In this document: piece by piece, positions 22,058-31,743 of the stretch
How positions within the stretch are numbered: the stretch's first letter is position 1
Layout: the number at the start of each line of letters is the position of its first letter
Source: an uncultured Planctomycetota bacterium
GTDB lineage: Bacteria; Planctomycetota; PLA2; JAEUHO01
Assembly (NCBI GenBank): GCA_963752285.1
Contig: CAVVXN010000005.1
Span: 576,001 to 640,000 of the forward strand
DNA: 64,000 nt
Direction of reading: 5' to 3'
The notes under the pieces: generated by a model
The model's database searches: none
What the model was told of the DNA's origin: nothing
The model's input: the letters and a program-made list of their open reading frames with translations, nothing else
Made by a program: the position numbers and the translations under genes

Positions 22058-25000
22058 TCAGACCGCCGCGGGCGTCGGCTCGATCTCCTCGACCTCGATG
22101 TGGACTGTGAGGGCCCACAGCGGGAAGAGGAGTACGCCGCTGGCGAACACGAACAGCCCGAAGCCGAAGCCCCACAGCAGCCACGCGAGGGCCGTGAAGG
22201 GGAGCAGCGGCAGGAGCCAGGCCTTCGAGGCCGGGACGCCCAGCAGGGCGTGCGCGCGCGGGCGCCACCGGCGGATCCTCTCCCAGTGCCACGGCAGGAA
22301 GAGGAGGAGCGGGGAGGCGATCGCGACCGTGGAGTACGTCCCGATGACCGACCCGACGATCAGGATGAACGCAAAGCCCTCGAGGACGTTTCGCTGCCCC
22401 ACGTTGATCGCGAAGAGCGCGACCGCGGCCAGGAGGAACGTGGCGGAGGTCTTGATGGACCGCGCGAGCGTCTGGTTGATCGAGAGGTCGATCATCCCGG
22501 GCGTGATCGTCGGCTTCTTGCCGCGGTTCTCGCGGATCCGGTCGAACACCACGACCGTGTCGTTCACCGAGTAGCCCACGAGCGTCAGGAACGCCGCGAC
22601 CATCGGAAGCGAGATCTTCGCGTCCACCCAGCCGAAGACGTTCGCGACGGCGGTGACGCCCAGCGTGAAGGCCACGTCGTGGAACAGGCAGAGCACCGCG
22701 GAGAGGCCCATCGCCCGGCTGCTGAACCGGAACGCCACGTACACGATGATGCCCAGGAGGGACAGCACGAGGGCCACGAGCGCGTCGTTCTGGAGCCGGC
22801 GGGCCACGCTCGACCCGATCACGTCGGCCGCGGGGAAGGGCTGGCTCAGTCCCACGCCCTCGGCAGCGTCCGGGATCACGCCCTGGGCCTCCAGGGCCCT
22901 TTGGATCTCGGTGCCCCCCAGGAATTCCGAGAAGGTCGCGCGAATGGCGTCGGGCGTGCGCTCCACCGCCGTCTTCGAGGTCGGGTTCTCGGACTTCAGC
23001 CAGATCTGAAACGACTTGAAGGCCTCGTTCCCGGTCTCGACCGGCTTCACCACGACCGTGCGTTTCACTGCCGAGGCCGGGTTCTTGCGCCGCTCGCTGC
23101 CGTGGATCGTCCAGTACGGCATCGAGTCCGTGACCGCGGTCCGCAGTCGATCGGCCGTGAGGACGCCCGACGGGTCGAGCAGGTTGACCTGGAGCGCCAC
23201 CCCCCCGTCCACCGACTTCATCTCGTCGCCTGCGTCCTGCGGTGCCTTGTACGGCTGGGGCTTCTCCGCCAGCCAGTCCGGCACGAGGCGGTCGCCGAGG
23301 ACCTCGTGAAGGAACCCCTCGAAGGCCTTCTCCTCGACCTCGACGGAGGGTGCGCCTCCTCCCTTCACGTCCTTCGGCTCGAGACCACGCTGCACGGTCA
23401 CCTCGACCGCGTCGCCCTTCGTCCCGACCGCGACGACGTTGGCGTTCGGGTACGGGCCGGCCTCCACCTCGTGCTCGACCTTTCGCAGGTTCTCGTTCTC
23501 GTCGAACTCCTCGGTCTCCACGGTGAGCTTCTTCGACGTGGACGAGAGGAGCCTTCGGACCTCGTCCACGCTGGTGGGCTCGCGGCACTGCACCTGCAGC
23601 TTCAGCCCGCCCGTGAAGTCCACGTCGTAGAACGTGTACTTGTCCTCGAACCCGAACACGAGCAGCCCGAACAGGATGCCCAGGGCCGAGAGCGGCGCGA
23701 AGTAGCGCCGGAGCGCGACCCACGGGATCTTCGGCGCCACGCCCGACCCGAGCATGCGCATCTCGTTGAGCCGGCCGCGCTTCAGGAGCCACTCGAAGAT
23801 CGTGCGTGTCACGTAGATCGCGGTGAACATCGAGACGATCAGACCGACCGCCAGCGTGACGGCGAACCCGCGCACGGGGCCCGACCCGTACGCGTACAGG
23901 AAGACCGCGGTGATGAGGCTCGTGACGTTGGCGTCTACGATCGTGGTGAAGGCGCGGTCGTACCCCTCCGACAGCGCACGTCTCATCGTTCGCCCGGCCC
24001 GCCGCTCCTCTCGGATGCGCTCGTTGATCAGGATGTTGGCGTCTACCGCCATACCGAGCGTGAGCACGATGCCGGCGATGCCGGGCAGGGTCAGCACCGC
24101 TTTGAAGAACGCCAGCGTCCCCAGCAGGAGCACCAGGTTCAGGAGGAGCGCGAAGTTCGCGATCAGGCCCGATGACCGGTAGTAGACGACCATGAACGCG
24201 AGCACGAGCAGGAAGGCGACGATCACCGCCAGGATGCCGCGATTCCGCGACTCGCCGGCGAGGGTCGCGCCGACCTTGGTCCGCGACTCGAGCTTCGGCT
24301 TGACCTTGAGCGAGCCCGTCTGGAGGACGGTCGCGATGCTCTCGGCCTCCTTCTTGACCTCGTTGTACGTCTTGCCCGCGCCCAGCGTGATCTGTACCCG
24401 GTCCGAGAGGCGACTCTGGATGATCGGGTCGGTGACGAACTCCTCGTTGAGGACGATCGCCATCGGGAGGCCCTTGTTGGCCTCGGTCCAGTCGCCGAAG
24501 ACCTTCTGGTAGTCCGTCTTGACCTCGTAGAGGACGACCGGCATCCCCGACTCGCCCTGGCTCGGCACGGGGTTCGTGATGATCCGACCGTCGAAGCGGT
24601 ACTGCGCCTCGGGCTCTTCGAGGAGCACGAAGTCGGTCGGCTTTTCCGCGGAGGTGTCGCCCTCCTTCCTCTGCCTCGGCACCACGAAGTAGCGGGGGTC
24701 CGTCGGCTTGTATGGGAGCGCGCCGATCTCCGCGTCCTTCCACTTCTTGACCTCGTACGCGAGGAACTCCTCGTAGCCCTGGGCGGTCGCGGGCCAGGTC
24801 TTGGCGTTCTCCCCCTCGCCCTCCTTGGCCCCCTGCCACGGCGCCTTGCCAGTCTGAAGGCGGGGCGGGAGCCCGCCCGACTCGAGACCCCCGTACTGGT
24901 TCGTGGGCCGGACCGTGATCCGGAACATCAGGTCGCCGAGCTGGGTGACGACGTCGCTGATGCTGTCCACGTCGCCGGCGCTTTCAGCGGGCAGCGAGAT

Positions 25001-25285
25001 CTCGAACTTGTCCTCGCCGATCGGCGTGATCGAGGTCTCGGCCAGGCCGAACGTGTTGATGCGCTGGTCGATCACCTTGATCGTCTCGGACACGATCCGG
25101 TCCCGGTTCCCCGGCGCGATCCGTCCCGTGGACTCCGCCCGCTCCAGGTCGAGAGAGAAGCGGAGCGTCGTTCCGCCCTCGAGGTCCTGCCCGAGGCGGA
25201 TGCCCTGGGCCAGGAACGACCAGAGCAGGAGCGACGTCACCGTCAGGGTGAGCAGGCTGCGGGTCTTCAGGTTCATCTGTTCCAT
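22058..25285 (-). CDS. secDF: Fused protein translocase subunit SecDF (~1075 aa, enlarged periplasmic domains)
   Basis: LGQDLEGG, LTLPGIAGIVLTLGMAVDANILINERIREE, GPVRGFAVTL, DFTGG, HDV, GYSVNDTVVVFDRIRE, SINQTLARS. Confidence 0.96.
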   Translation of the reverse strand: MEQMNLKTRSLLTLTVTSLLLWSFLAQGIRLGQDLEGGTTLRFSLDLERAESTGRIAPGNRDRIVSETIKVIDQRINTFGLAETSITPIGEDKFEISLPAESAGDVDSISDVVTQLGDLMFRITVRPTNQYGGLESGGLPPRLQTGKAPWQGAKEGEGENAKTWPATAQGYEEFLAYEVKKWKDAEIGALPYKPTDPRYFVVPRQRKEGDTSAEKPTDFVLLEEPEAQYRFDGRIITNPVPSQGESGMPVVLYEVKTDYQKVFGDWTEANKGLPMAIVLNEEFVTDPIIQSRLSDRVQITLGAGKTYNEVKKEAESIATVLQTGSLKVKPKLESRTKVGATLAGESRNRGILAVIVAFLLVLAFMVVYYRSSGLIANFALLLNLVLLLGTLAFFKAVLTLPGIAGIVLTLGMAVDANILINERIREERRAGRTMRRALSEGYDRAFTTIVDANVTSLITAVFLYAYGSGPVRGFAVTLAVGLIVSMFTAIYVTRTIFEWLLKRGRLNEMRMLGSGVAPKIPWVALRRYFAPLSALGILFGLLVFGFEDKYTFYDVDFTGGLKLQVQCREPTSVDEVRRLLSSTSKKLTVETEEFDENENLRKVEHEVEAGPYPNANVVAVGTKGDAVEVTVQRGLEPKDVKGGGAPSVEVEEKAFEGFLHEVLGDRLVPDWLAEKPQPYKAPQDAGDEMKSVDGGVALQVNLLDPSGVLTADRLRTAVTDSMPYWTIHGSERRKNPASAVKRTVVVKPVETGNEAFKSFQIWLKSENPTSKTAVERTPDAIRATFSEFLGGTEIQRALEAQGVIPDAAEGVGLSQPFPAADVIGSSVARRLQNDALVALVLSLLGIIVYVAFRFSSRAMGLSAVLCLFHDVAFTLGVTAVANVFGWVDAKISLPMVAAFLTLVGYSVNDTVVVFDRIRENRGKKPTITPGMIDLSINQTLARSIKTSATFLLAAVALFAINVGQRNVLEGFAFILIVGSVIGTYSTVAIASPLLLFLPWHWERIRRWRPRAHALLGVPASKAWLLPLLPFTALAWLLWGFGFGLFVFASGVLLFPLWALTVHIEVEEIEPTPAAV

Positions 25286-25351
25286 GGCGATCGAGGCTCC
25301 CAAGGAGGCGCCGGAGGCACGGCTCCTCCCGAGACCGCCGGACGGGGCGGC

Positions 25352-25666
25352 TCAGAGACGGAGGGAAACGAGGCGGCGCGACGCGTCGCAGGCGGGGGCC
25401 GTCTCCGACGCGCGATGGGCCGCGCGAAGGGCGGTCGGCGCGAGTCGCGCCCACCCCGCCGGCGCGAGGGCCACCGGCGCGAGACCGAGATCGAGTCCGC
25501 GGTCGATCGCGTGGCCGGCCGTGGCCGGCGACGCGTTCGATGCCGCGTGGACGAGAGGCACCGGCGCGAGGAGGGCGACCAGCACCGCGAGGAGGGCCGG
25601 GAGGAACGCGCACCCCGCCGTGACGGCGGTTCGGGCCAGTCGGCGCGCGCGCCTCCGCGGGCTCAC
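25352..25666 (-). CDS. Small exported/membrane uORF between yajC and secDF (104 aa; candidate monitoring leader peptide)
   Basis: SD GAGGAGG, GTG overlapping the yajC stop (GTGA), basic N-terminus plus hydrophobic segment, Ala/Pro-rich linker, C-terminal RRLVSLRL. Confidence 0.6.
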   Translation of the reverse strand: MSPRRRARRLARTAVTAGCAFLPALLAVLVALLAPVPLVHAASNASPATAGHAIDRGLDLGLAPVALAPAGWARLAPTALRAAHRASETAPACDASRRLVSLRL

Positions 25667-26022
25667 GAGGACGCCTCCTCGGTGCGCTCCGCGGCCTTCG
25701 CGGAGGCTTCGTCGGGCGACACGACGTGGGCGACGGCCTGCCGGGAGAACCGGATCCGGACGTTGCTCTTGTCGTCCACGCGGAGCACGATCGTCTCGCC
25801 CTCGACGGCCACGACCGTGGCGTGCATCCCACCGGTCGTGACCACGCGGTCGTGCTTCTTGATCGCGGCCAGCTCCGCCTCGCGCTGCTTGCGCTCCCGA
25901 GACTGCGGCCGGATCAGCACGAAGTAGAAGATCAAGGCGACGAGCGCGAGCGGGATCCACCAACCGCCCCCGCCCTGTGGCGCGGCCTGGTCGGCGGCGA
26001 TCGTCATCCACCACGCGTCCAC
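25663..26022 (-). CDS. yajC: Preprotein translocase subunit YajC
   Basis: SD AGGAGG + GTG; TM..FYFVLIRPQ; DRVVTTGGMHATV; RIRFSRQAVA. Confidence 0.93.
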   Translation of the reverse strand: MDAWWMTIAADQAAPQGGGGWWIPLALVALIFYFVLIRPQSRERKQREAELAAIKKHDRVVTTGGMHATVVAVEGETIVLRVDDKSNVRIRFSRQAVAHVVSPDEASAKAAERTEEASS

Positions 26023-26160
26023 CGAGTTCCTCCTTCGTCCTCGCGGTCCCCGGCCGTGACGGGGGGCCCGCCGCGCCCGGAAGCCCCGTATCGTAGGCTC
26101 TCCCGCCGGCCCGCCGACCAAAAATGGACGGCGAACGGCGTCGGACGCCCGGGGACCCCG

Positions 26161-27276
26161 ATGCGAATCCTGGCCGCCCTCTCGGGCGGGGTGGACAGCG
26201 CCGTCGCCGCCGCGCGCCTCCTCGAAGAGGGGGCCGACGTGATCGGGGTACACCTCGCGACCGGCGTCGAGTCCGACGGCGACTCGGCGGGCGCGAGCCG
26301 GTCGTGCTGCGGGGCCGAGGACGCGCGCGACGCCCGCGCCGTCGCGGCGCGACTCGGGATCCCGTTCTATGTCGTCAACGTCCGCGAGGCGTTCGCCGCC
26401 GTGCTCGAGGACTTCGTCGGCGCGTACGCCGCGGGCCGGACTCCGAACCCCTGCGTGCTCTGCAACCGGGACGTGAAGTTCGGGCGGCTCGACGAGGTCG
26501 CTCGGGGCCTCTCCTGCGAGGGCGTTGCCACCGGACACTACGCCCGGCGCGAGCGAGGCGCGGGCGGGCGGTGGCGCCTCCTCCGCGCGCGGGACGAGAA
26601 GAAGGACCAGTCCTACGTGCTCTACCCGCTCTCGCAGGCACAGCTCGCGAGGGCTTGCTTCCCGCTCGGGGACCTCCAGAAGACAGAGGTCCGCGCGCGT
26701 GCCCGCGCCCTCGGCCTCCCGGTCGCGGAGAAGCCGGACAGCCAGGACCTCTGCTTCCTGCCCGGAGGCGACGTGCGCGCGTTTCTCGCGGCACGGGCGC
26801 CCGAGGCGGCGCGCCCGGGCGCGTTCGTGGAGGAGGGGAGCGGCCAGGTCGTCGGACGGCACGGGGGCGCGGCGGGGTTCACGCTCGGACAGCGACGGGG
26901 ACTTCCCGCGCTCGGTCGCCCGCGCTACGTCTCGGGCGTGGACCCCGGGAGCGCCACGGTCCGGATCGCGCCGCGCGAGGCGCTCGAGCGGCGGACGGTC
27001 GCGATCTCGGGCGCGAACTGGGTCGAGGTGGCCGAACCCGGGGCCGGCGCGCGCTTCGAGGTGGCCGCGCGGATCCGACACGCCTCGGTTCCGGCGCCCG
27101 CCACGCTGGAGGCGCTCGGGAGCGGGGCGGCGCGAGTCCGGTTCGAGGCGCCCGTGTTCGCGCCGGCACCGGGGCAGGCCCTGGTCGCCTACGCAGGCGA
27201 GGCGGTCCTCGCAGGGGGCGTCCTGGAGCGGGCGGAGAAGCCGGACGGGCCCGGGGCTAGCCCAGACGGTCCTTGA
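26161..27276 (+). CDS. mnmA: tRNA 2-thiouridine(34) synthase MnmA
   Basis: LSGGVDS, SCC, GRTPNPCVLCNRDVKF, ATGHYA, KDQSYVL, KPDSQDLCF, FTLGQRRGL, PGQ. Confidence 0.96.
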   Translation: MRILAALSGGVDSAVAAARLLEEGADVIGVHLATGVESDGDSAGASRSCCGAEDARDARAVAARLGIPFYVVNVREAFAAVLEDFVGAYAAGRTPNPCVLCNRDVKFGRLDEVARGLSCEGVATGHYARRERGAGGRWRLLRARDEKKDQSYVLYPLSQAQLARACFPLGDLQKTEVRARARALGLPVAEKPDSQDLCFLPGGDVRAFLAARAPEAARPGAFVEEGSGQVVGRHGGAAGFTLGQRRGLPALGRPRYVSGVDPGSATVRIAPREALERRTVAISGANWVEVAEPGAGARFEVAARIRHASVPAPATLEALGSGAARVRFEAPVFAPAPGQALVAYAGEAVLAGGVLERAEKPDGPGASPDGP

Positions 27277-27529
27277 GCGCCTTGCCGGCGCGGAAGCCCA
27301 CGCCCACGGACGCCGGGATCGGGATGCGCTCCTTCGTCTGGGGGTTGGTCCCCATGCGCGCCTTGCGACGCGAAACCCGGAACGTGCCGAATCCGAGGAT
27401 CGCCACGTCGCCGTCCTGCGTAAGTCCTTCGGACACGGAGTCCGTGAAGGCGCTCAGCGCGCGCTCGGCCTCCGCCTTGCTCGAACCCAGGTGACGCGCC
27501 ATGGCGTCGACGACTTCGGCCTTGTTCAT
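27257..27529 (-). CDS. hup: HU family DNA-binding protein
   Basis: MNKAEVV, GFGTF, RKARMGTNPQTKERI.IPA, FRAGKALKD; 90 aa. Confidence 0.95.
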   Translation of the reverse strand: MNKAEVVDAMARHLGSSKAEAERALSAFTDSVSEGLTQDGDVAILGFGTFRVSRRKARMGTNPQTKERIPIPASVGVGFRAGKALKDRLG

Positions 27530-27564
27530 CGCATCTCCCGCCGGGAGGGCCCTCCGCGGGGCGA

Positions 27565-27602
27565 ATCCTAGCCAAACCTCGAAGGTCCGCAAGCCGTAAA
27601 CT
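27565..27602. promoter_or_regulatory. Divergent promoters for hup (minus) and the vWA operon (plus)
   Basis: Minus strand TTGCGG-N16-TAGGAT (27592-27565); plus strand TAAACT 27597-27602, 6 nt before ATG 27609. Confidence 0.5.
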
Positions 27603-27608
27603 CACCCC

Positions 27609-29948
27609 ATGGGGCCGAGCCGGATCCGGGTTCTCGCCGCGAGGGCGCTGATCGTGGGGGGCGTCGTGGCCGGAATCCTCGGCGTCGCGCTGCCGGCCTT
27701 CGGCCCTCCGCCGCCCCCCGTGGCGGTGGTGGACCTCTCCGCGAGCGTGGGGGCCGGCGCCTCCGGACCCCCCGAGGGCGCCCGCGTCTCGCCGACCTGG
27801 TACGCGGTCGCAGACGGCGTGGAGACCTCGAATACGCGCTCCGCGCCCTCCGGGCTGGGACGGGAGGCGAGCCGCATCGGCGAGGCCCTGAGACGGGTCG
27901 CCGAGGACCATCCGGGGCGCGTCGTCTGGCTGATCAGCGACGGCCGCGCGACGGACGGCTCGGCCGAGGACGCCGCGCGGGGCATCCGTGCGCGCGGCGG
28001 GCGGCTCTACACCGCGCCGCCCGCGCGCCCGTCCGCGGACGTCGGCCTCGCGCTCGCGCGGGCGCGGCGCACCCCGGGTGGTGGGGCGGAGGTCCTGGCC
28101 GTGGTCGAGGCCTCCGCCGAGGCGAGCGGGCGCGTCCTCCTCGTCCGGGACGGGGCCGCGATCGCCGGGGCGCCCTTCTCGCTCCCGGCGGGCTCGCGGG
28201 TCGAGGTGCGGATCCCGGACCCGAAGGCGCCGGACCTCCCCATCGCCTACCGAGTGCGGCTCGAGGTGGCCATCGGCACCGCGGACGACGACCCGGCGAA
28301 CGACGCGATCGAGCTCGGCCTCCCCTCGGACCGGCCCGGGGTCCTCCTCTTCGGGGACCTCCCGCCGGCGGCGTTCGCGAGCCCGGGCTCCGGGTTCCTC
28401 CTGAGAAGCATGCAGGCGTGGGAGGCGGGCGCGCTCGAGGCGGCCGACCTGGTGCTGCTCTCGAGCGTGTCCGTGGAGCGGCTGGGTCCCGCGCGCGTCG
28501 AGGACCTCCAGCGGTTCGCCGCGGGCGGCGGGCGCGTCCTGATCCTCGGCGGGCCGCAGGCGTGGGCCGCCGGCGGGTGGGCGGGATCGCTCGCCGAAAC
28601 CACGCTCTCGCCGCTTCGCGTGAAGGCGCCCGAGGGCAAGGGGACGGCCATCGTCCTCGTCCTCGACAAGAGCGGCAGCACCGCGCGGGGCGCGCTCGCG
28701 TCGCTCGTCCGCGCGGCGCGCGTGGCCGCACGTGGGCTCGCCCCCGGCGAGCGGCTCGCGATCCTCCCGTTCGCCGCGCGACCCGACGCGGCCGTTCTCG
28801 CGCCGGGCTGGGTCGAGAGCGGGGCCACGACGCGCCTCGGCGAGCTCGACGCCTCGCTCGAGAACCTGAGCGCCGGCGGCGGCACGGACCTCGTTCGGGC
28901 CCTGGGCGCCGCCGCCGACGTCTGCGGGGCGGAGCCCGCGACCCACCGACGCGTGATCCTCCTGACCGACGGCGATCCCGACCACGTACCCGACCGCGAG
29001 GCGCTCGCGGCGGTCGCGGCGCGCCTCGCCCGCGGCGACGTCCGTTTCGGCGCGGTCGTGTCGGGGATGCCCACGGCGGCGGCGCTCCTCCGCGAGACGC
29101 TCGCCGCGCGCCCCGACGACGTCGTGCTGCTCGACCGCGCAGGCGCGATCCCCGACCGCCTTCTCCGGGAGCTGTCCCGCGCGCGCGCGGAGCAGGAGCG
29201 CCGTCCCGCGCCGACGTCGGTGACGTGGCTCACGCCGGTGGACGACGACCTCGCGCGCCTCGCGCCGACGTACGTGCAGGCGCTCGAGGCGACGCCCGAC
29301 GCCACGGTGCTCGCGGTGGCCGACTACGCGGACGGTGCGCGCCTGCCGTTCGCCGCGCGGCGCGCGCTCGGTGCCGGAGAGGTGGTCGCGTTCGCGTGGG
29401 GACCGGAGGGCGAGCCCGACGGCGCCGCGGCGGCGCTGTCGCTCCGCGGCTTCGTGCGCGACCTCGCGCGGCGGGCCGACCGCGGCCTGCTCGCGGACGT
29501 CACCGGCGGCCTCGTCCGCGTGCGCCTTCCCGCGGCGTCGGGCGCCGGCGCGCTCGAGACCTTGCAGGGCCCGGAGAGCGCGCGCCTCCTCGAGGTCGAG
29601 CCCGGGGTGTTCGAGGGCGAGCTCCTGGGCGACCGGTCCGTGCTCCGGGTGCGCGTCCCGGGCCGGGACGGGGCCGAGGACGTCGTGCGCCCCCTCGACC
29701 TGCCGGCCCTCCCGCCCGAGGAGCACCGCGGCACGGGTGTGGACCTCGCGACGCTCGACCGGTGGGCCCGCGCCGGCGGGGGCCGGCGGCTCGCGCCGGG
29801 CGAGGAGCCGGACCGCGGCCCGTCGGGTCCCGGGACGCCGCTCGCCCCCTGGCTGCTGCTCGGGGCGCTCCTCTTCCTGCTCGAGGAACGACGCCTCGCG
29901 GAAGCGACGCGTGCCCTCGCCCGATCCAGCATGGAGGAGACACCGTGA
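27609..29948 (+). CDS. Membrane-anchored double vWA / glutamine-amidotransferase-like domain protein
   Basis: Two MIDAS-like motifs (VVDLSAS...LISDG; LVLDKSGS...GGGT...LLTDG), an intervening FAAGGGRVLILGG segment, N- and C-terminal hydrophobic anchors. Confidence 0.8.
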   Translation: MGPSRIRVLAARALIVGGVVAGILGVALPAFGPPPPPVAVVDLSASVGAGASGPPEGARVSPTWYAVADGVETSNTRSAPSGLGREASRIGEALRRVAEDHPGRVVWLISDGRATDGSAEDAARGIRARGGRLYTAPPARPSADVGLALARARRTPGGGAEVLAVVEASAEASGRVLLVRDGAAIAGAPFSLPAGSRVEVRIPDPKAPDLPIAYRVRLEVAIGTADDDPANDAIELGLPSDRPGVLLFGDLPPAAFASPGSGFLLRSMQAWEAGALEAADLVLLSSVSVERLGPARVEDLQRFAAGGGRVLILGGPQAWAAGGWAGSLAETTLSPLRVKAPEGKGTAIVLVLDKSGSTARGALASLVRAARVAARGLAPGERLAILPFAARPDAAVLAPGWVESGATTRLGELDASLENLSAGGGTDLVRALGAAADVCGAEPATHRRVILLTDGDPDHVPDREALAAVAARLARGDVRFGAVVSGMPTAAALLRETLAARPDDVVLLDRAGAIPDRLLRELSRARAEQERRPAPTSVTWLTPVDDDLARLAPTYVQALEATPDATVLAVADYADGARLPFAARRALGAGEVVAFAWGPEGEPDGAAAALSLRGFVRDLARRADRGLLADVTGGLVRVRLPAASGAGALETLQGPESARLLEVEPGVFEGELLGDRSVLRVRVPGRDGAEDVVRPLDLPALPPEEHRGTGVDLATLDRWARAGGGRRLAPGEEPDRGPSGPGTPLAPWLLLGALLFLLEERRLAEATRALARSSMEETP

Positions 29949-30568
29949 CCGAACGCCCCGCCCCGCTCCGCGCGACCGTCCTCGCGACCCTGGCCCTTCT
30001 CGTCGCCGCGGGGTGCGCTCACGGGGCGCGGCGCGCCGCGCCCGAGCACGTGTCGGCCGGCGAGGGCAACCGCGACTGGTACGCGGGCACCCCCGAGATG
30101 CAGGCCCGGCTCGCGAAGCTGGTCGCGCAGATCCCGGGATCGTCGGCGCCGGACCGCATCCGCATCGGCCGCGACATCGTCTCGCTCGGCGAGCCCGCGG
30201 TCCCCGTCCTCGTGCGTGCGCTCGAGGACCCGTCGCCGGACACGCGCGGGACCGCCGCCTGGCTCCTGGGCTTCCTCGGCGACCCGCGCTCCTCGTCCGC
30301 GCTCGTCCACGCGCTCGACGACCCCGCGCCGCTCGTGCGGTACGAGGCCGCTTCCTCGCTGCTCCGCATGAAGGACGATCGCGGTCTCTATACCGCCATC
30401 GCGGGTCTCGAGGACCCGGACCCGCTCGTCCGGAGCAAGTGCCTCCTGCTCCTCGAGGACGCGACCGGCGAGACGTTCGGGTTCCGCGCCGACCAGGAGC
30501 CCGACGAGCGCGCGGCGGCCGTGGCGCGGTGGCGCGCGTGGGCCGCCGCTCGGAAGGCGCGCGGGTGA
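29945..30568 (+). CDS. HEAT-repeat lipoprotein
   Basis: SD GGAGG, GTG overlapping the upstream stop; lipobox LVAAGC; repeated AL.D....VR..AA..L motifs. Confidence 0.8.
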   Translation: MTERPAPLRATVLATLALLVAAGCAHGARRAAPEHVSAGEGNRDWYAGTPEMQARLAKLVAQIPGSSAPDRIRIGRDIVSLGEPAVPVLVRALEDPSPDTRGTAAWLLGFLGDPRSSSALVHALDDPAPLVRYEAASSLLRMKDDRGLYTAIAGLEDPDPLVRSKCLLLLEDATGETFGFRADQEPDERAAAVARWRAWAAARKARG

Positions 30569-31743
30569 GACGCGACGAGATCCGTGCCGCGACCCTGCCC
30601 GGTGGGCTGCTGGCCGTCGCGCTTCTCCTCGCCGCGTGTGCGACGGGTCCCGCGTCGCCTGGCCCCGCACTGCCGGCGGCGCCGCCGCCCGCCGAGCGCA
30701 CCACGGAGGCGCGTCTCGCGCGGCGCGCGCGCGCGGCCGCGGCGCCGGCCGCCACCGACCGCGACCACCTGGCGTACGTCGCGGCCCTCGTGTCGGCCGG
30801 GCGCGCGAGCGAGGCGCGGCGCGTCTACGAGGGGCGCGCGGCGCGACCCGGGGCGACGGACGTCGAGAGGACGCTCGCCGAGCGGCTGCGCACCGACGGG
30901 TCGGCCACGTCGCTGCGTCGCGTCTACGGAGCGGCCGAGGCGCGCACGCCGACGAGCCCGTGGTGGCCCCTCGCGCTCGCCGAGCTCGACCTCGCCGACG
31001 CCGACGCCGCGCGCGCGCGGCGCGACGACCTCGCGGACCGCGGCGATCGCGACGGCGAGCGCCGGGCGCACGCCGAGGCGCACGAGGCGCTCCGGCGCGC
31101 CGAGGTGCACGTGGGCCGCGCGGCCCGGGTGGCGCCGGATCTGGCCGAGGTGGACCTCTTCCGTGGGTACCTCCGGGCCGCGGAGGGGGACCTGGCCGTC
31201 GCGAAGTCCTCTGAGCAGGCCGCGTGGCGCGCGGCCGCGGAGGCGTTCCGCCGGGCGACCACGCGCGGGCCCGACCTCGTGGCCGCGTGGGAGGGCCTCG
31301 GCGACGTGCTGCTCCGCCTCGGCGAGACCGACGACGCGCTCGCGCCGCTGCTCGTCGCGACGCAGGCCTCGCCCGACGACGAGACGCTTCGGCTGCTCCT
31401 GGGCACGGCGCTCGAGCGCGCGGAGCGTCCCGACGAGGCGGCGGTCCACTACGAGCAGGCGGCGGCCCTCGCGCCGCGCGACCCCGCGCCGTGGCTGCGC
31501 CTCGGCGACGCGCGTGCGGAGGCGAAGCGCTACGACCTGGCGCTCACGGCGTACGACGCGGCCCTGGCCCGGGACGGCCACGCGCTCGAGGCGCACCTCA
31601 AGAGCGGCGCGGTCCTCGAGCTTCTCGGCCGCCGCGGAGAGGCGCTCGCCGCGTACCAGCGGTACCTTTCGCAGGGCGGCGAGGAGACGGCGGACGTGAA
31701 ACGCCGCATCGAGCGTCTCCTGCGCGAGGAGGACGCGCCGTGA
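30565..31743 (+). CDS. TPR-repeat lipoprotein
   Basis: Lipobox LLLAAC; TPR motifs AWEGLGDVLLRLG, LLGTALE, PWLRLGDA, AHLKSGAVLE. Confidence 0.8.
   Translation: MRRDEIRAATLPGGLLAVALLLAACATGPASPGPALPAAPPPAERTTEARLARRARAAAAPAATDRDHLAYVAALVSAGRASEARRVYEGRAARPGATDVERTLAERLRTDGSATSLRRVYGAAEARTPTSPWWPLALAELDLADADAARARRDDLADRGDRDGERRAHAEAHEALRRAEVHVGRAARVAPDLAEVDLFRGYLRAAEGDLAVAKSSEQAAWRAAAEAFRRATTRGPDLVAAWEGLGDVLLRLGETDDALAPLLVATQASPDDETLRLLLGTALERAERPDEAAVHYEQAAALAPRDPAPWLRLGDARAEAKRYDLALTAYDAALARDGHALEAHLKSGAVLELLGRRGEALAAYQRYLSQGGEETADVKRRIERLLREEDAP

Noticed and set aside
27257..27276. 20-nt convergent overlap of mnmA and hup 3' ends
   Set aside because: Short tail-to-tail overlaps are common in GC-rich genomes.
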